From NCBI GenBank assembly GCA_005223125.1, contig NJBH01000001.1:160001-224000 (forward strand): 64,000 nt of DNA, written 5' to 3'. Every line of letters starts with the position of its first letter. Position 1 is the stretch's first letter. Made by a program: the position numbers and the translations under genes. This document shows, piece by piece, positions 48,931 to 58,551 of this stretch. Source of the stretch: Promethearchaeota archaeon Loki_b32 (GTDB taxonomy: Archaea; Asgardarchaeota; Lokiarchaeia; Sigyniarchaeales; SOKP01). The notes below the pieces were generated by a model. That model was not told the DNA's origin and did no database searches. It saw only the letters and a list, made by a program, of their open reading frames with translations.

Positions 48931-50781
48931 TTAATGTACAGTAACAGTTTTTGAAAGATTAAGTGGTTTATCCGGGTCTAATCCATGAAGTAGAGAGGCA
49001 TAATATGCTAATAATTGCAAAGCAGGGGTAAATGTTATTGGACTGAAGATATTAAAATATTTATCACCCGGTTGGGGTATTTTAATTGTTAAATCACTTA
49101 ATTTCGAAATAGTCGTATCACTTTCAACAACAAGAGAAATAATTTTACCCCCTCTTGCCTTAAATTCCATAACATTTCCAATTAACCTTTGATATGTCTC
49201 ATCTGGAGGGGCTATAAATACAATAGGAAATCCCTCTCTAACTAAAGCAATTGGTCCATGTTTAGCATGTGCTGCCGAATAGCCTTCAATAAAACGGCAA
49301 GCGACTTCCTTTAGTTTTAAACCTCCTTCCTTTGCAGTGGCGATTGATATTCCCCTTGCTAAAAAGAAAAATTGTGCACTTTTTTCTAACGTGCTTACGA
49401 TATTTTTAATCCCATTGATATTTTCATTCAAAAAATTCTCAATAATTTGAGGGGTTGATTCTAAAGCCATTTCATACTTTTCAATATCAGATTCTAATTC
49501 AACTTTTCTTAGTTTTGCAATTTCTAATGCTATTAAAGCTAAAGTAAGTACCTGAGTACAATAAGTCTTAGTCGCTGCCACCCCAATCTCTGGTCCTGCC
49601 TGAGTTACTATCACATCATCCGAATATCTGGTAAGGGTGGATCCCACCACATTTGTAATTGTTAGTATTTTTATATTTTTTTTAGTTTTTGCCCATCTAA
49701 TTGCTTCAATTGTATCAATTGTTTCGCCTGATTGTGAGAGTGCAATTATAACGGAATTATTTTTTAATGAATTAGACAATTGTGTTTGGAATTCAGAACA
49801 TTCAATTGCTTGAATGTATTTACCTAAAAATCTCGAAATAATAAATTTTCCAGCTAAAGAAGCATAAAAAGATGTTCCTGCCGCGGTAATATAGATATTC
49901 TCTGCTGACCATAAAATATATGCAAAGATTCGTAAAGTATCTTTAGAAATTTTCAGAGTCCTTCTCATTGCAGTTGGCTCTTCATAAATTTCTTTTAGCA
50001 TAAAATGTTTATAGCCTCCTTTTTCTGCGGCATCAATATTCCATTCAATTATTTGCAATTCCTTATCAATTTTTTTATCATTTTTAATATCATAGAATTC
50101 AGCTTCCCCTGCTTTTAGAACAGCAAGTTCATCATCTTCCATAATATAACACTTTCTTGTTAATGGTAAAAAAGCAGGAATATCCGAGGCTAAATACGTA
50201 GTCTTCCCTTCTTCTATTCCAATTACTAAAGGAGATTCTTTTCTAACAACAATAATTAAGTCCGGGTTATCAACATGACAAACCGCCAACCCATATGCTC
50301 CTTTACATAATTTCAATGCTTCAACTACTGAATCTTTGAAATTTAAGCCTTCTTTCAATTTATTTTCAATTAAATGAGGAATTACTTCTGTATCTGTCTC
50401 TGATTTAAAGACATGACCTTCTTGCATAAGTTCTTTTCTTATTTCTATAAAATTTTCTATTATTCCGTTATGAACAACTGCAATTTTTTTAGAGCAATCT
50501 AAATGTGGATGACTATTGATTTTAGTGGGTGCTCCATGAGTCGCCCACCTTGTATGTGCAAGGGCAAGTTTAGAGTCATTTGGGATTTCTGCTAAATTTA
50601 TTTTTTTTTGAATTTCATCAATTTTTCCTGAATCTTTTTTAATAAATAATTTAGAATTAGATAAAGAAACTATTCCACATGAATCATATCCTCGATATTC
50701 TAAACGCTTAATTCCTTCAAGAACAACTTTTCCTAATAATATGTTTTTCTGATTAGTTATTATCCCAAATATACCACACAT
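48931..50781 (-). CDS. glmS: glutamine-fructose-6-phosphate transaminase
   Basis: MCGIFG, LEYRGYDS, HTRWATHG, HNGIIEN, SQSGET, KHGP, NLSKTVTV. Confidence 0.96.
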   Translation of the reverse strand: MCGIFGIITNQKNILLGKVVLEGIKRLEYRGYDSCGIVSLSNSKLFIKKDSGKIDEIQKKINLAEIPNDSKLALAHTRWATHGAPTKINSHPHLDCSKKIAVVHNGIIENFIEIRKELMQEGHVFKSETDTEVIPHLIENKLKEGLNFKDSVVEALKLCKGAYGLAVCHVDNPDLIIVVRKESPLVIGIEEGKTTYLASDIPAFLPLTRKCYIMEDDELAVLKAGEAEFYDIKNDKKIDKELQIIEWNIDAAEKGGYKHFMLKEIYEEPTAMRRTLKISKDTLRIFAYILWSAENIYITAAGTSFYASLAGKFIISRFLGKYIQAIECSEFQTQLSNSLKNNSVIIALSQSGETIDTIEAIRWAKTKKNIKILTITNVVGSTLTRYSDDVIVTQAGPEIGVAATKTYCTQVLTLALIALEIAKLRKVELESDIEKYEMALESTPQIIENFLNENINGIKNIVSTLEKSAQFFFLARGISIATAKEGGLKLKEVACRFIEGYSAAHAKHGPIALVREGFPIVFIAPPDETYQRLIGNVMEFKARGGKIISLVVESDTTISKLSDLTIKIPQPGDKYFNIFSPITFTPALQLLAYYASLLHGLDPDKPLNLSKTVTVH

Positions 50782-50986
50782 TTTGAAATAAAAGGATTGA
50801 AAGATATTTTAATTTTTCATTTATTATTTATTGGGTTTGAGTATATTTGAGGGAAAGTTACATGACAAATTTTTAATGTAAAATTTCTTCAAATGAGGTG
50901 AAATCCGTTTAGAATAATTTTAATATTGAAGTAACTTTTTTTTAGTTTAAATTTTGGTGAATAATACTTTAATTAGGTAATAAAAT

Positions 50987-51946
50987 ATGCCAATCAATGT
51001 TATTATAACAAAAGATTTTAATCATATGAGTGAAGTAGCAGCTGGAATAGTTGAAAAAAAGATTATCGCTGGATTAAAAGACCAGAAACAATTTGTTTTG
51101 GGATTAGCTACAGGAAATTCACCAACAGGGCTTTACAAACATCTAGCAAAATTAGTTAATTCAGGTAAACTTGATAGCACTCGGATTCGTAGTTTTAATC
51201 TTGATGAATATGTAGGGCTTCCTGGTGAAAACGCTCAACAACGAACTTTGCACCCTGAGAGTTATTGCTATTTTATGATTCAAGAGTTTTTTAGCCTTCT
51301 TGATAAAAAATTCATTGAGACATCTGTACCTTATGGATCTTTGATTGATCAACAACAATTAATAAATGAACTTGAAGCAAATCCTGAAGACTGGAAAGAG
51401 TTGGGTACAGAAGCAGGCAAATCAATTGTTATTAAAGAAAATCCAACTTCAGATTATTTAGAATGGATACGAAAGACTATATTAGAAGGGTATGCTCAAA
51501 AAATTTATAATGCTGACGGTATTGATTTACAAATAATAGGTGTCGGAGGTCGTGGTCATGTTGCTTTCCATGAATCGGGGATTCCTTTTGAAGATAGTAG
51601 TGTTTTGTTAGTAAAACTTGATGAGAATACTGTTGAAAATGCTGTGAAAGACGGACATTTCTTTTCAAAAGAAGAATCTCCCTGGTATGCGATCAGTATG
51701 GGCGCTGAATTAGTATATAAAGCAAAAACAGTAATATTGTTAGCTATAGGGGAACGAAAGGTTAAATCAATTACTAAATCGTTATTAAATGATCCGACAC
51801 CCCAGATCCCAATTTCTTATGGTCAGATATACTCAGAAAAAGGTGGTAACTTAATTTATATAATTGATAAAATTGCTGGTCGAGAACTTCTTTCTAACAA
51901 AAATTTATTAGAACAAAAAGGAATAGAAATTAATATCTTAGAATAA
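50987..51946 (+). CDS. nagB: glucosamine-6-phosphate deaminase-like protein
   Basis: LGLATGNSP, FNLDEYVGL, IDLQIIGVGGRGHVAFHESG, AISMG. Confidence 0.82.
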   Translation: MPINVIITKDFNHMSEVAAGIVEKKIIAGLKDQKQFVLGLATGNSPTGLYKHLAKLVNSGKLDSTRIRSFNLDEYVGLPGENAQQRTLHPESYCYFMIQEFFSLLDKKFIETSVPYGSLIDQQQLINELEANPEDWKELGTEAGKSIVIKENPTSDYLEWIRKTILEGYAQKIYNADGIDLQIIGVGGRGHVAFHESGIPFEDSSVLLVKLDENTVENAVKDGHFFSKEESPWYAISMGAELVYKAKTVILLAIGERKVKSITKSLLNDPTPQIPISYGQIYSEKGGNLIYIIDKIAGRELLSNKNLLEQKGIEINILE

Positions 51947-52046
51947 AGAGCTACATAGGCTAGTTTTTTGTTTATTTTATAAAGTTAATTATAAAACATA
52001 TTTAATCCATTAAAAAAAGTTAAAAAAATTAAAACATAGAAAATCT

Positions 52047-53471
52047 TTATATTAAATTTAATTTCCTCATTCTTTCTTGGGCGAGCTCGTTCAGTGCTTT
52101 CGAAGCTTCCAAACTAACGCTTGATTCTCCAGAAAGTCTCAAATACGGGCTTGTTCCTGAACGTCTGATCAAAATCCATCCATCATTATAATCAAACCTT
52201 ACACCATCCATCTTGTTGATGTTTTTTATTTGTTTTCCTTCGGAATCTAACACTTCTTGCATTTCATCAATGATTTTTTGATTTATATCCCTCGTAAATG
52301 GAATATCTTTTTTTAATTGAAAGTTTGTGGTACAATATGGATAAATTGGAATCTCTTTTAATAAATCTCGTAAAGTTTTTCCAGATTCAACGATCATTCT
52401 TAACACTTTAGCAATTGTGACTATTGAATCCGGTCCTAGATGAGTTCTAGGCCATATATATGTGCCAGAGGTTTCTCCTCCTAAAAAACCCCCTTGTTCT
52501 TTTAATGCTTGTGCAACTTTGATATCTCCTACTTCTGTATAAATAACCTCACATCCAAGAGGGTTTAATACATCTTCCAACAAGCTCGATGAGTTAATAG
52601 CAGTAGACACTTTCATGTTTTCCTTAGGAATTATACTTTTATATCGATTTAGATAATCAACCGCCATTAAGGACAAGAGACGAATTGGATCGACAATTTC
52701 TCCATCTTCATCTAAAAATATCACTCTGTCAGCGTCGCCATCAAGAGCTATTCCAATATCATTTTGTTCAGAAGATTTCAAAAATTTAGAAAGTTGAATT
52801 AGATTTTCCTTGCTAGGTTCCGAATTTCGCCCTGGGAATTTACCATCCATTTGTGCATTAATGGTCATAATTTTTACATTATAAGTACTTAGCAATTTTG
52901 GAGCTATATCACATCCAGCTCCATTCCCTGGATCAAGTATTACATTTAATGAACTTCCATCAAACATGATACGGTCATTAATGTCAGCAATGTGGATGTC
53001 GTTAATATCCTCAACATTAGTAACTTTTCCTACCTCGTCCCAATTAATATCTACAAATTTTTTATCGTTGTAAATCCTTTCAATTTCTTCTTCTTGCTCA
53101 GGTACATATCCCATTCCGGAGGGATTCCAAATTTTAAGACCTATATATTCTGGCGTATTATGTGATGCTGTAATCATAACACCACAATCTGCATTTAAAA
53201 ATTTTTGTGACATTGCTAATGTAGGAGTTGTAACTATGCCTAAAGTTTTCACGTTACATCCTGTACTTACTAGTCCAGAAATTAAGGCATATTCTATTGG
53301 TAAAGCAGAAATTCTTATATCTTTTCCGATAACCACGGTACCTTTTCCATTTAGATATGTCCCTAAAGAAAGACCAACATCTAAAGCCATTTGTGGAGTA
53401 AACATGACATCTGATTCGCTATAATTTTGAAATACGCGTCGTATACCTGAGGTACCAAAAAATTTTGTCAT
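52047..53471 (-). CDS. glmM: phosphoglucosamine mutase / phosphohexomutase
   Basis: FGTSGIR, ITASHN, DGDADR, GGETSG, RRSGT; start moved to ATG 53471. Confidence 0.85.
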   Translation of the reverse strand: MTKFFGTSGIRRVFQNYSESDVMFTPQMALDVGLSLGTYLNGKGTVVIGKDIRISALPIEYALISGLVSTGCNVKTLGIVTTPTLAMSQKFLNADCGVMITASHNTPEYIGLKIWNPSGMGYVPEQEEEIERIYNDKKFVDINWDEVGKVTNVEDINDIHIADINDRIMFDGSSLNVILDPGNGAGCDIAPKLLSTYNVKIMTINAQMDGKFPGRNSEPSKENLIQLSKFLKSSEQNDIGIALDGDADRVIFLDEDGEIVDPIRLLSLMAVDYLNRYKSIIPKENMKVSTAINSSSLLEDVLNPLGCEVIYTEVGDIKVAQALKEQGGFLGGETSGTYIWPRTHLGPDSIVTIAKVLRMIVESGKTLRDLLKEIPIYPYCTTNFQLKKDIPFTRDINQKIIDEMQEVLDSEGKQIKNINKMDGVRFDYNDGWILIRRSGTSPYLRLSGESSVSLEASKALNELAQERMRKLNLI

Positions 53472-53747
53472 TAAATCATTCACTCTAATTGTTATTCTTT
53501 TGTTAATCAATATTCTAAATTTAAGATAGATTGAAGTAATGAAGATTTTTAAATATATTTTCCGAATCTTCAGAAAATCTATTATAGAAAGATTAAAACA
53601 TTAAAATTGACTTCAAAAACATATTTATTTAGTTTGTCCATGCTTTTAAATATCAAACTTTGGATTTATTAAGAAAATTATTTAATTTTTTAAAATATAC
53701 TTTTATTAGCACTAATCAATGATAAATTTCTTCAGTGTGGTTAGTAT

Positions 53748-53888
53748 ATGATTTTTCAAGGATTATTTAACATGTTAGATTTATTTTTTAAAGAGACAGA
53801 TTTGTTTTATAATAATATAGATCAATATTTCAGGGATAAAATCATTAGTCACTTCGAAGATAGGCTTATAAATGAGAGTAATTCTTAA
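53748..53888 (+). pseudogene. truncated 5' fragment of a paralog of the 54167 gene
   Basis: MIFQGLFNMLDLFFKETDLFYNNIDQYFRDKIISHFEDRLINESNS* vs MIFQGLYNIFDLYFKEMDLFYNNIDHFFREKVNIHFEDSLVNESNI. Confidence 0.9.
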
Positions 53889-53889
53889 C

Positions 53890-53973
53890 CGAAAAGTTAT
53901 GCGATATGCTGGACCTCGAATGATATATACACACCCAATCATGGGTTTTCTATATTTATTAACAAAGTGTTGA
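53890..53973 (+). pseudogene. 3' fragment of a YgbA (nitrous-oxide-stimulated promoter family)-like gene
   Basis: RKVMRYAGPRMIYTHPIMGFLYL matches the remembered YgbA C-terminal VMRYxGPRMxxxHP motif. Confidence 0.65.
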
Positions 53974-54166
53974 GTCTTTTATCTTATCAAGTTTATTTTT
54001 AATTAACAATAAAGGGCAGATTTTAATTTCGAGAAACGTTAATATGATTTAACAATACTTTTTGACCTTTATTTCCAATTTAAAAGGATAAAGTATTAAT
54101 TTTGTTAGTATCATACTTTAGTTAATAATAAAAAAAAAGAGTTTTTAACCTCATCTCTCTTATACA

Positions 54167-55645
54167 ATGATCTTTCAAGGCTTGTATAACATTTTTGATT
54201 TATACTTTAAGGAAATGGATCTTTTTTACAATAATATTGATCATTTTTTTCGTGAAAAAGTCAATATTCATTTTGAAGATAGTCTTGTTAATGAGAGTAA
54301 TATAAGTCAAAAACTTAAAGAGCTTACAACTTACTTTATTGAAATATTCGATGATATTGGATTTGAAAAATCTGAAATAGAAAATGAATTTATGGATCCT
54401 TTTTTAGAATTACAAGATAAGGATAATGGAAAAATAAAATCAATGATTGAATTATACGAGAGTAAACTCGCACCTTTAATTTATGAAATTTTTTTAGAAA
54501 AAATTGTTGATTATCTGGTAGATGTAAAGGTTGCTCCTCTAATGTTAAAATTGAAAGCTGAAGGTTTTCTCACCATTGAATTCATTATGGAACTTAGGAA
54601 TTTTAAGAATACGATTGATGGGTCTTCTGAAAAAAGAGAAAATCTAAGGAAGTATATTCAAATTCAAGAGAAAATTATTGATAAATTTCAAAGAAATAAG
54701 CTAAAAATTGAAAGCTTGGAAGATTTACAAGAACCTGAATTTAAACTCCAATTATTATATTTACTTTATAGAATCATTCATTTCTTTCACCTTCAGAAGA
54801 CATTTGATTTTTCTCACATCAAATTGTATTTAGAAGAAAATATTGATGAGTGGTTAATAGATGTTCCTTTAGTAACTTTAAAAAACCCTGATATCTATTT
54901 TTGTGGAATTTATTTAGCTAAAAATCTAAATATTAACCTTGATGAGAAAAAAATTGTCGATTTTTTGTTAAATTTATATGAAGAAGCTACAGATAGATAT
55001 GAATCACTTATTATCGAAGCTACCGATGGAGCATATTATTTTATTAAATCCACGGAATTGATGAATTTTTCGCTTGATTTTGAACATATAAACAAGTTGA
55101 TCAAATCTGAACCTAAATTTTTCGAATCTAACTATTTGAAAACTTTAGAAACTTCTCAATTAGTTGTTATTTTAAAAATTTATCGCCAATTAGGGATTAG
55201 CAAATTAGAGCGTGAAATTAAAGCAATTTTAGAAGAGATTGAGTTAAGAATTGCTCCAGAAGGTATAAAACAATTCCGGGACGGTTTTGTTTCTTCAGAA
55301 GCTACATATTATGTCTTATTTAGTTATTTTATGAACAATTCACTTGAAAAGTTAAAAGATTATGACCTTTTGAGTAATATTGTATCTCGAATTTATAGAA
55401 ATCTAGAATTTCTCGATTTTTCAACTGATACGAATTATGATTTAGTTAGCGAATTGTTTTATTCAATTGAAAGTTTGAAATTATTTAATTGTATAGAAAC
55501 AAAAGAAATGATAATTCATTTAGCAAAATATTTGTTTCCACAAGAAATCGTTGATGCTATCTCAATCAGTAAAGAAACTATCAGAGAAAAGGCAAAATTT
55601 AGACATTTAAAGGTAAATCGAATAACAGGAGAGACTATTTATTAA
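54167..55645 (+). CDS. hypothetical alpha-helical protein, C-terminal half possibly prenyltransferase-like toroid
   Basis: 492-aa ORF; EATDGAYY and GIKQFRDGFVSSEATYYVL repeats. Confidence 0.7.
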   Translation: MIFQGLYNIFDLYFKEMDLFYNNIDHFFREKVNIHFEDSLVNESNISQKLKELTTYFIEIFDDIGFEKSEIENEFMDPFLELQDKDNGKIKSMIELYESKLAPLIYEIFLEKIVDYLVDVKVAPLMLKLKAEGFLTIEFIMELRNFKNTIDGSSEKRENLRKYIQIQEKIIDKFQRNKLKIESLEDLQEPEFKLQLLYLLYRIIHFFHLQKTFDFSHIKLYLEENIDEWLIDVPLVTLKNPDIYFCGIYLAKNLNINLDEKKIVDFLLNLYEEATDRYESLIIEATDGAYYFIKSTELMNFSLDFEHINKLIKSEPKFFESNYLKTLETSQLVVILKIYRQLGISKLEREIKAILEEIELRIAPEGIKQFRDGFVSSEATYYVLFSYFMNNSLEKLKDYDLLSNIVSRIYRNLEFLDFSTDTNYDLVSELFYSIESLKLFNCIETKEMIIHLAKYLFPQEIVDAISISKETIREKAKFRHLKVNRITGETIY

Positions 55646-55760
55646 TTAAGCTTAACCATTACATTTTTTGCTAAAATTTCTTATTGATATTAATAAGACT
55701 AAAAATTATAAATTAATCCTAATCATTTTACTAAGATAATAAAAAAAACTACTGATATTA

Positions 55761-57239
55761 ATGGATTTTAAAGAGTTTGAATTAATATATAAAGACAACC
55801 GATGTGAAATTAAAGATAAACAGAAGATAGAGTCAAAATTAAAGGAAATTGTAGGAGAGAATAATATTTCTACAAATGATGTTGATATTTTAGCGTATTC
55901 AAAAGATTCTACTTTAATTGGAATGAATTGGACAATCCAAGGAAAGATTGCGGGATTGCCAGATTTTATAACCTGGCCAGAAACTGTTGAACAAATATCA
56001 GAAATTTTGAAACTTGCTAACAAGGAAAAAATACCAATTATTCCATTTGGAGAAGGCTCTGGTGTTGTAGGAGGAGCTATAGCGATTTATGGCGGCATTA
56101 TTATTGATATGAAGAAATTTAATAAAATTCTAAAGATAAATGATAAAAATTTAACAGTTACTGCCCAAACTGGCATAAATGGAATGAATTTAGAAAGAAT
56201 ATTAAATTCTAAAGGCTATACAACTGGTCATATTCCACAATCTCTGTATATATCCTCTCTAGGTGGATGGATTGCTCATAGAGCGGCAGGACAATTTAGC
56301 ACTAAATATGGTAAAATTGAAGATATTGTGTTAGGGATGGAAGTAGTATTACCTCAAGGTGAAATCATTAATTTTAAAACTATCGCAAGAGCTTCAACAG
56401 GACCTCAACTTGACAAATTATTTATAGGAGGAGAAGGGACTCTTGGAATTGTCACTAAAGCCACACTAAAAATTTGGCCTTATCCCGCTAAAAGAACTTT
56501 AATCTCATATGTTTTTCCTTCAATTGAAGACTCTTTTGAGGCTATAAGACAAATATTAAGAGAACAAATTTACCCCGCAGTAGTGCGAATTTATGACCAA
56601 TTTGAGACTATGAGACATTTTCCAGATATAGATAAAGCAAAGGATAAGGTTATGGTTGTATTTATTTGCGAAGGGAATTCAAAGCTCGTTGATTTAGAAG
56701 AATCAATCACTAGAGAAAAATCTGAGAAAAATTCAGGCGTAGACTGTGGAGAGCATCCCGTAGAACATTGGCTTGAGTCTAGATTTAGAATAACAGAAAC
56801 TTCATCAATGCCTCCGTATAAAATAGTATTTGATACTATTGAAGTTGCTTCTCTATGGGAAAATGCATCAGATATCTATCATTCTGTTTTAAAATCAATG
56901 AAACAATTACAAGGAGTCATAATGATTACCGCACATGTTTCACATTTTTATCCAAATGGCGTAGGGATTTATTTTTCTTTTGGTGGAGTCCCAACAAAAG
57001 AACAATCAGATTTAGAGTTTTACCAAAAATGCTGGAATACTGTAGTTAAAGCTGTATTAGATGCTGGTGGCTCAATTGCCCACCATCATGGTATAGGAAT
57101 TAATAGAGCTCATTGGATGGAAAGTGAATGGGGTACTTCTATGAATACATTAAAAGAAATAAAAAAATTACTTGATCCAAACGATATTCTAAATCCTGGA
57201 AAAGTATATGTAGATACCTGGAAAGGAGGTGAAAAATAA
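55761..57239 (+). CDS. FAD-linked oxidase, alkyl-DHAP synthase (AGPS/YgcU)-like
   Basis: PFGEGSGVVGG, GHIPQS..SSLGGWIA..AAGQFSTKYGKIED, GEGTLGIVT, HHHGIG, DPNDILNPGK. Confidence 0.88.
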   Translation: MDFKEFELIYKDNRCEIKDKQKIESKLKEIVGENNISTNDVDILAYSKDSTLIGMNWTIQGKIAGLPDFITWPETVEQISEILKLANKEKIPIIPFGEGSGVVGGAIAIYGGIIIDMKKFNKILKINDKNLTVTAQTGINGMNLERILNSKGYTTGHIPQSLYISSLGGWIAHRAAGQFSTKYGKIEDIVLGMEVVLPQGEIINFKTIARASTGPQLDKLFIGGEGTLGIVTKATLKIWPYPAKRTLISYVFPSIEDSFEAIRQILREQIYPAVVRIYDQFETMRHFPDIDKAKDKVMVVFICEGNSKLVDLEESITREKSEKNSGVDCGEHPVEHWLESRFRITETSSMPPYKIVFDTIEVASLWENASDIYHSVLKSMKQLQGVIMITAHVSHFYPNGVGIYFSFGGVPTKEQSDLEFYQKCWNTVVKAVLDAGGSIAHHHGIGINRAHWMESEWGTSMNTLKEIKKLLDPNDILNPGKVYVDTWKGGEK

Positions 57240-58514
57240 ATGGGTGTCGAAGAAACATTAAAAAAGTACAGTTGGATTTTACCACTTATTCAAAAAGCTG
57301 ATAGAGCAACCAGAGCAGTGATAATGAAAAACTTTAGGCAAAAAAAGACGAATTTTTTTCCAGAAGGAGAATTTAATGCTGATGTAGAGAATCTAATTAA
57401 TTGCATGCTTTGCCCGAATATGTGTCGCTTCGATTGCGGAACTTTGGTTGCTTCACAAAACGAAAGTATGAGTCCAGCATATAAAGCCAGAATTGGATAT
57501 TATTTGACAATGGGGATAATTGATCCAGCTGATTCTGCTAATAAAGAGTTTATTAACTTGATGTATAAATGTACTAATGAGGAAAACTGCAAAATTTGGT
57601 GCCCATTTGACTTTTCAGTAGTTTCCTTACTAGAAACTGTCAGAGATGATTTAAATGATGAAGGTCTAATGCCAGATTACTGTAAACAGCAGATTTCTAA
57701 GTTAAATAAGACTAATACTATAGAAGATTACAATATATTCGAAACTTATAAAGAAAAAGGAATAGAAAATATAGAATCGGATGGTAATGACGATGTTTTC
57801 TATTATATTGGATGTCAATCAATGAAATTTCCTGAAGTTGTAAAAGCAAATATAGAAATTTTAAAAAAAGCTGGAATAAAATTTTCAACCAATCTTGACA
57901 AAAAGGTATGTTGTGGGGGTCCAGCGTTTAATATAAGAGAAATGGAAACCGCAAAAAAGTTTGCTAGGAAAAATAAAGAACTCATTGAATCCACAGGCGC
58001 TAAAATCATCATTTCAGATTGTCCTGGGTGTATTTTGACATTAACAGAGAGATATGAAAAAGCAGGAATTAAAATCGAAAAGGAAATTGTTCATATTGTT
58101 CAGTACTTTAGAAAATTAATTGATGAAGGCAAATTGAGATTTGAAAAAAGTATTCCAGAAGAATTTAGAAAGATAACAATACATGATCCTTGTCTTATAG
58201 CGAGAAACTTAAAAGACACTGAATCAATTAGGATGATTCTTAATAAAATTCCGGATTTAGAAATTATTGAACCTATGTATAATAAAGAATATGTTCATTG
58301 TTGCGGTTGGAGTGGTACTGCACACTGGGCAGATAAAGATTTAGCTATTAGAGAAGCACAGAATAGAATAAATGAATTAAAAGAAACTGGAGCAAATATT
58401 TTCATATCAGCATGTCCTCTCTGTGAATTAGGGCTAGCTTATGGAATAGATGAAACAGAAAAAGAAAAATATAATATACTGGATATATCTGAATTATTAA
58501 TAAAAGCATTATAA
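57240..58514 (+). CDS. Fe-S oxidoreductase with CCG domains (GlpC/HdrD-like)
   Basis: CMLCPNMC..C, CTNEENC..CP, two CCG motifs, HDPC, ACPLC; GGAGGTGA SD; abuts the preceding stop. Confidence 0.85.
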   Translation: MGVEETLKKYSWILPLIQKADRATRAVIMKNFRQKKTNFFPEGEFNADVENLINCMLCPNMCRFDCGTLVASQNESMSPAYKARIGYYLTMGIIDPADSANKEFINLMYKCTNEENCKIWCPFDFSVVSLLETVRDDLNDEGLMPDYCKQQISKLNKTNTIEDYNIFETYKEKGIENIESDGNDDVFYYIGCQSMKFPEVVKANIEILKKAGIKFSTNLDKKVCCGGPAFNIREMETAKKFARKNKELIESTGAKIIISDCPGCILTLTERYEKAGIKIEKEIVHIVQYFRKLIDEGKLRFEKSIPEEFRKITIHDPCLIARNLKDTESIRMILNKIPDLEIIEPMYNKEYVHCCGWSGTAHWADKDLAIREAQNRINELKETGANIFISACPLCELGLAYGIDETEKEKYNILDISELLIKAL

Positions 58515-58551
58515 AAAATAATAAATATATAAATTTCTATAGAGTGATTAT

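Noticed and set aside
50782-50986. Possible glmS ribozyme upstream of glmS
   Set aside because: No AGCGCC/GACGAGG-type core is present; the region is AT-rich promoter-like sequence.
1103-58012. Many short ORFs in the track antisense to or nested in long genes (e.g. 1103-1501, 11452-11772, 27873-28403, 32575-33324, 44609-45037, 55706-56023)
   Set aside because: They are shadow frames of well-supported genes, with no motifs and no independent start signals.
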